A stretch of 64,000 nt of DNA, taken from positions 231,384,001 to 231,448,000 of the forward strand of contig OZ024741.1 in NCBI GenBank assembly GCA_964016885.1, in the 5' to 3' direction. The notes beneath the pieces are model-generated. The model was not told where the DNA came from. It made no database searches and saw nothing but the letters and a program-made list of their open reading frames with translations. The translations under genes and the position numbers were made by a program. Position 1 is the stretch's first letter, and each line of letters starts with the position of its first letter. This document shows, one piece after another, positions 57,181 to 64,000 of this stretch. The DNA comes from Eledone cirrhosa (lineage: Eukaryota).

Positions 57181-57866
57181 ATGTATATGTGTATGCGTAC
57201 GTGTATGTGTCTTTATATCCGTGTTCTTGACATCTAGGTTTTATGTTTTGTTCCTTTTTTCTTCTCCCCACCCCCTTTTTTTACTTACTCATTTTTATGC
57301 GTATGCATGCAAACAGGTCAATATGCGCGAGTGTAAGTATGTGTGTGTGTGTGTGTGTGTACGTATCGAACGTATGGATGTGTAAGTGTGCGTGTGTATA
57401 TAAGCTGTATATTTTTGCGTTTCTTTTGTGAGATATGCGTGTCTGTGTATGTATGTACCCTTTTTGTCTTCTTTTCTTTAATCTTTTCTTTCTAAATTTT
57501 TTCTTTCTAAATTATTGTTCCATTTTTATAAATATATCGAGATTGATACTTTCCTTTAATTATTTCACTCCCTTACCTCTTTTACTTCCGCATCTAAGTG
57601 TACGTGTGTGTAGGTGTGTTTATGCGCGCGCCTTCATATTTATATTCTTATGATGTATCTATTCTGTCTGTAGATTACAGACATACAGATACATTTGCCC
57701 TAAATTTTATATTTACGCACACTTTTTCACTATACGTATACATATGTGCATACACATATATGCACATCTGTGAGCGTATATACATATACACACATCTAAA
57801 TATATTTCTTGAAAGATTATTATATATTTCATATTCTAATTCATTTGTCTATATCTTTTTGGGGGG

Positions 57867-58066
57867 NNNNNNNNNNNNNNNNNNNNNNNNNNNNNNNNNN
57901 NNNNNNNNNNNNNNNNNNNNNNNNNNNNNNNNNNNNNNNNNNNNNNNNNNNNNNNNNNNNNNNNNNNNNNNNNNNNNNNNNNNNNNNNNNNNNNNNNNNN
58001 NNNNNNNNNNNNNNNNNNNNNNNNNNNNNNNNNNNNNNNNNNNNNNNNNNNNNNNNNNNNNNNNNN
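57867..58066. other. Assembly gap (200 N)
   Basis: N run. The paralogous copy (54316-54330) has only a short poly-T at this position. Confidence 0.98.
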
Positions 58067-58111
58067 GGGATTTTCTTGACGAGACTTTCCAAGTATTTAC
58101 CCATGTTTTAT

Positions 58112-58189
58112 ATTGCCTCGTCTGACGAACGAATGAAGACGCTTCTTTCGTATTCGGCTCATTCGGGAAACCTCTGGTAATGAGGTAAT
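58112..58189 (+). ncRNA. Second copy of the 54371 hammerhead ribozyme
   Basis: Same core and stems; one substitution in the stem-II loop region. Confidence 0.85.
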
Positions 58190-58335
58190 TATATTGTATT
58201 GATTTTTATACATTAAATTTTGCTCTGGTACTTACATAGAGCACTCTTCACTTCTATGACCTTTTCTGTTTTCAACGGAAATTTCAATACCTATATATAT
58301 ATATGTATATATATGTATATATATGTATATATATG

Positions 58336-58370
<35 letters not shown>

Positions 58371-58371
58371 G

Positions 58372-58402
<31 letters not shown>

Positions 58403-58669
58403 GTATATATATGTATATATGTATATATATATATGTATATATATGTATATATATATATGTATATATATGTATATATATGTATATATATGTATATATATGT
58501 ATATATATGTATATATATGTACATATATATATTTATATATATGTATATATATATATGTATATATATGTATATATATATATATGTATATGTGTATATATAT
58601 ATATATATGTATATGTATATATATGTATATATGTATATATATATATGTATATATGTATATATATATGTA

Positions 58670-61255
58670 TTAAGAGAGTAAAACAAAGAATCCTTTAATA
58701 CATCAAAAGTTTTTATTAGCCGACAATGTTTCGTCCTATTGAGGACTCATCAGGGCAATCAAAACAACAAGAGGTAATTTCGGCAGATACAAGCCAGAAA
58801 CTCTGAAGAATATGGAGTTTACATACACTAATGTCTTACAAAGATATACGATAATAAAAATGAAGATAAAAATAATAAAATTATAATAACTAAGGATGTA
58901 GATAACATTAAGAACCTTATTACAAATATAGTCCAAAGTCACCAACTTAAATCTAAACAAATTTGGTTATATAGAGCAGGAATTATATATAACACAGTAT
59001 AATACATTATAATAATAATATATCTATACCAACATTAAAATTCCAAATTAAAAATCAAAAGGTACAATAAATACATGTATATGTGCGCACACACACACAC
59101 ACACACACACATATTACAATACACATTGCCAACACTAATGTTATCATTGGTTTTTGATGACTCTTCATTCTAGCTCTCATAATCATTTGGCCACTGTACC
59201 ATATCTATGTCTTCACTATTACACCTTGTTAGTATACATAAGATTACACACGTTATTATCTTTAGATATTCTTTTATTATCATTAACTTTAATTTTTAAT
59301 TTTAACATTATTTTTATTTTTATTTTTAATTCTATTTTTATTTCTAAGTCTATTCTGATTTATCTATCGACCCCCCCCCCCCCTTATTCACCCCCCCCCC
59401 CATGCACGCATAAACTTATTGTCAACCCCTCTAGATTGAATATGATTATATTAAACCCCCCTCTTTTATGCTCTGTTCTATTATTTATTATAGTATATCG
59501 AATATATTTTATGCCACTTCGCACCCTCCATATATTTTGTCAATTCTGTCCCCATTAGCCTACCTTAACTCTACTTAAGTCAATTTTTAGATATCGTTGC
59601 GTATATGATAGTGTAATTTTATTCCTTTTTGTAAACATTTGTAACGATACATTAAAGTTTATATACTTTAATGACTTAGACTATAGCTAATTTTATACTA
59701 CCTTATCGGATGGGTTTGATATTTTTAATATTAATTTATCAGATAGGGTTTGGAGTCATTTAAAATGATCGCTTTCCTTGGTGTTTACCAAATTTCTTAA
59801 TGCACGTGAGGCCTAAGTGTGTATACATTTGCTTTGATTTGTAATTTCCGGTTGATTGTATTCATTTGTTTTATCCTATATTCTATTTACTATTCACTGT
59901 CTGGCTTCGTTCACTCATCCACACATGTCTGTCTACTAACCTTGAAATTATAAGTATTTATTTATATATTTTATGCCAATTTTTAAAATATATTACATTA
60001 TGATATAGATCCTTATTACTTACCGTTTATTATATATAACATTATGATAGTTAAACTTTATATATCATATAAGATGTCTGGATTTTTTAATATTTTAATA
60101 TTGTAATATGTAACATTATGGTATTTAGACTTTACATATCATGTTAGATGTCTGTATATTTTTTCGGTAACATCATAATTGTTCCCTGTACCAATATAGT
60201 TTTTTTGAGTATTAGTGTATTATATTATATGATTGATATTTCCTCATTTATTATGTAACCCAGTATGAATCATGTTGTACATATTGTTTATGGTAATTGT
60301 TAATATAATGTTAACATTTTATCATTGTATTTCATTGTGACATCTATATTGTTTCTTTAAATTAACCGGGGATTATATATTCTACTAGATTATGTATTCT
60401 ACTTTATTATATTGTATTGTATTATATAATTTTGTTGTTTATTATTTGTTATAAGTGTTTCTTGTAATTATATCATATTATTGCCTCATGTATATTGGGT
60501 AGATGTATTAGCATTATTTTCACTATTACCATGCTTATTTTTGATATTTTTGTTTCTTGTAATTATATCATATTATTGCCTCATGTATATTGGGTAGATG
60601 TATTAGCATTATTTTCACTATTACCATGCTTATTTTTGATATTTTTGATGTTCAAACTTCCAATAGGGCTTAATTTCTGTGTAATAGAAAATAGATATGT
60701 GTATTGTAATATGTGTGTGTGTGTGTGTGCGCGCACATATACATGTATATATTGTACCTTTTGATTTTTAATTTGGAATTTTAATGTTGGTATAGATATA
60801 TTATTATTATTATTATGTATTATACTGTGTTATATATAATTCCTGCTCTATATAACCAAATTTGTTTAGATTTAAGTTGGTGACTTTGGACTATATTTGT
60901 AATATGGTTCTTAATGTTATCCTACATCCTTAGTTATTATAATTTTATTATTTTTATCTTCATTTTTATTATCGTATATCTTTGTAAGACATTAGTGTAT
61001 GTAAACTCCATATTCTTCAGAGTTTCTGGCTTGTATCTGCCGAAATTACCTCTTGTTGTTTTGATTCCCCTTATGAGTCCTTAATAGGACGAAATATTGT
61101 CGGCTAATAAAAACTTTTGATGTATTAAAGGATTCTTTGTTTTACTCTCTTAATTTTTCGGCTCTGTTTAACTGCATTGAGCTATACCTTTTACTGTCAT
61201 TTCTATAATACGAAGAGGGTGTTTAACTCAAACACGCTCCAGTATTCTAATCCTT

Positions 61256-61256
<1 letters not shown>
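58670..61256 (+). mobile_element. ORF-less fold-back derivative of the 45803-49047 PLE family; intact HHR at 58719-58756 (-), mutated HHR at 61067-61104 (+)
   Basis: 58670-59125 is inverted at 60700-61152. 59125-61150 is homologous to 47200-49047. The + copy core is CTTATGA (G5>T). Confidence 0.85.
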
Positions 61257-62980
<1,724 letters not shown>

Positions 62981-63690
62981 AGACTGTAAAGGGCTCAGGT
63001 CTCGGTAAATGTTTCTCTGGCGCAAAAACACCAAAGCTATTTTGGATGCAAAATGCCATGCAGTGGGTCCTATTCGAGATCTCAACTACATAGGCATACC
63101 TATGTGCATATGTAAAATTAGGGAATACATTAATGTAGTGTGTTAACCTGATAGTGAAAACAAATTAATGTGAATGGTTTTTTGAACAGATTACAATTAA
63201 TCTCTCAGCGAATACAATGACAGATTTGATCTGATTGTAATCTTCACATATATTTATATATCTATGGATTTTTTTGAGAAAATCATGAACTTTACAGTAT
63301 CGTATGTAAATCGCTTTAAAATCTATGCGTCACACCAATATAGGGTAAAGATTTTCCGGTTAAGAAATAAGGCAAATAGCCCTCTCAAGATTAAGTATGG
63401 CATTAATCGTGAGTACTTTCTCCTGAATGCACTATCAACATATATTTCACTTTCAGTCGTTCATAGGAGAGAAATTAATGCTGAATTAATAATTGTTACA
63501 TCTCAGCAAACCGAAATAAAACACTGCAATTCCTTCCAAGCAAAGCCAGTAAAGTGTTAATGTATGTCAAAAATTAAAACGAACATTTCTATATGATGCA
63601 CATAATTGTTCAGATGAGTGTCCTTAATTTCCGTGTCATAATCACAACGTTTGGAACCTTATTCCGAATTAGAAGCATTTTAGTTCATAA

Positions 63691-63845
63691 CTAGCAGAAT
63701 GCCCCGGCGTTGTTCGGGATTTTCTCTAGGGTTCTTATATATTTGATACATATTTATTCTTCTCGTGCCTCGTCAAGTAAATGCGTTTGTTTATATTGTG
63801 TTATTGTGTATGCAAAAATATCTGTACACGAATATATAAATAACA
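63691..63845 (-). mobile_element. 3' end of a Helitron (11634-12271 family)
   Basis: Minus strand ...ATCCCGAACAACGCCGGGGCATTCTGCTAG|T; matches 12180-12271. Confidence 0.75.
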
Positions 63846-64000
63846 GTACAGAGAAGTACAGAATACCTTGGCCTCGGGTTGGCGTCTAGATTTTGCGCTT
63901 ATAAAAGAAATTCGTCGTACATTACCAGGGTTTTTTTCTGTTCGAAGAAAATCAATACTTTATCGCGAAATAAATAATTTTGTTAATAAGTGTATGCAAA

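Overview
This is AT-rich eukaryotic DNA, most likely from an octopus-like cephalopod (judged from the SINE families). It is almost entirely transposon- and microsatellite-derived. I can support only two host exons, both on the + strand: an EGF-like exon (31937-32071) and a transmembrane exon (38269-38359). The mobile content comprises many Penelope-like retroelement (PLE) copies and fold-back termini, a decayed autonomous Helitron with several non-autonomous Helitrons, a near-full-length RTE LINE, a decayed Tx1/L1-like LINE and tRNA-derived SINEs, mostly embedded in (TA)n arrays. The most notable signal is more than 20 type I hammerhead ribozyme (HHR) motifs, read by eye and belonging to about 11 sequence families. 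Several carry very large (80-105 nt) structured stem-II insertions, and several show compensatory 3-8 core changes (U3-A8, A3-U8). One family defines a non-coding ~987-999 nt tandem unit running HHR to HHR, a candidate retrozyme/circular RNA replicon present on both strands. Ribozyme calls are manual structural matches and none has been tested for activity.
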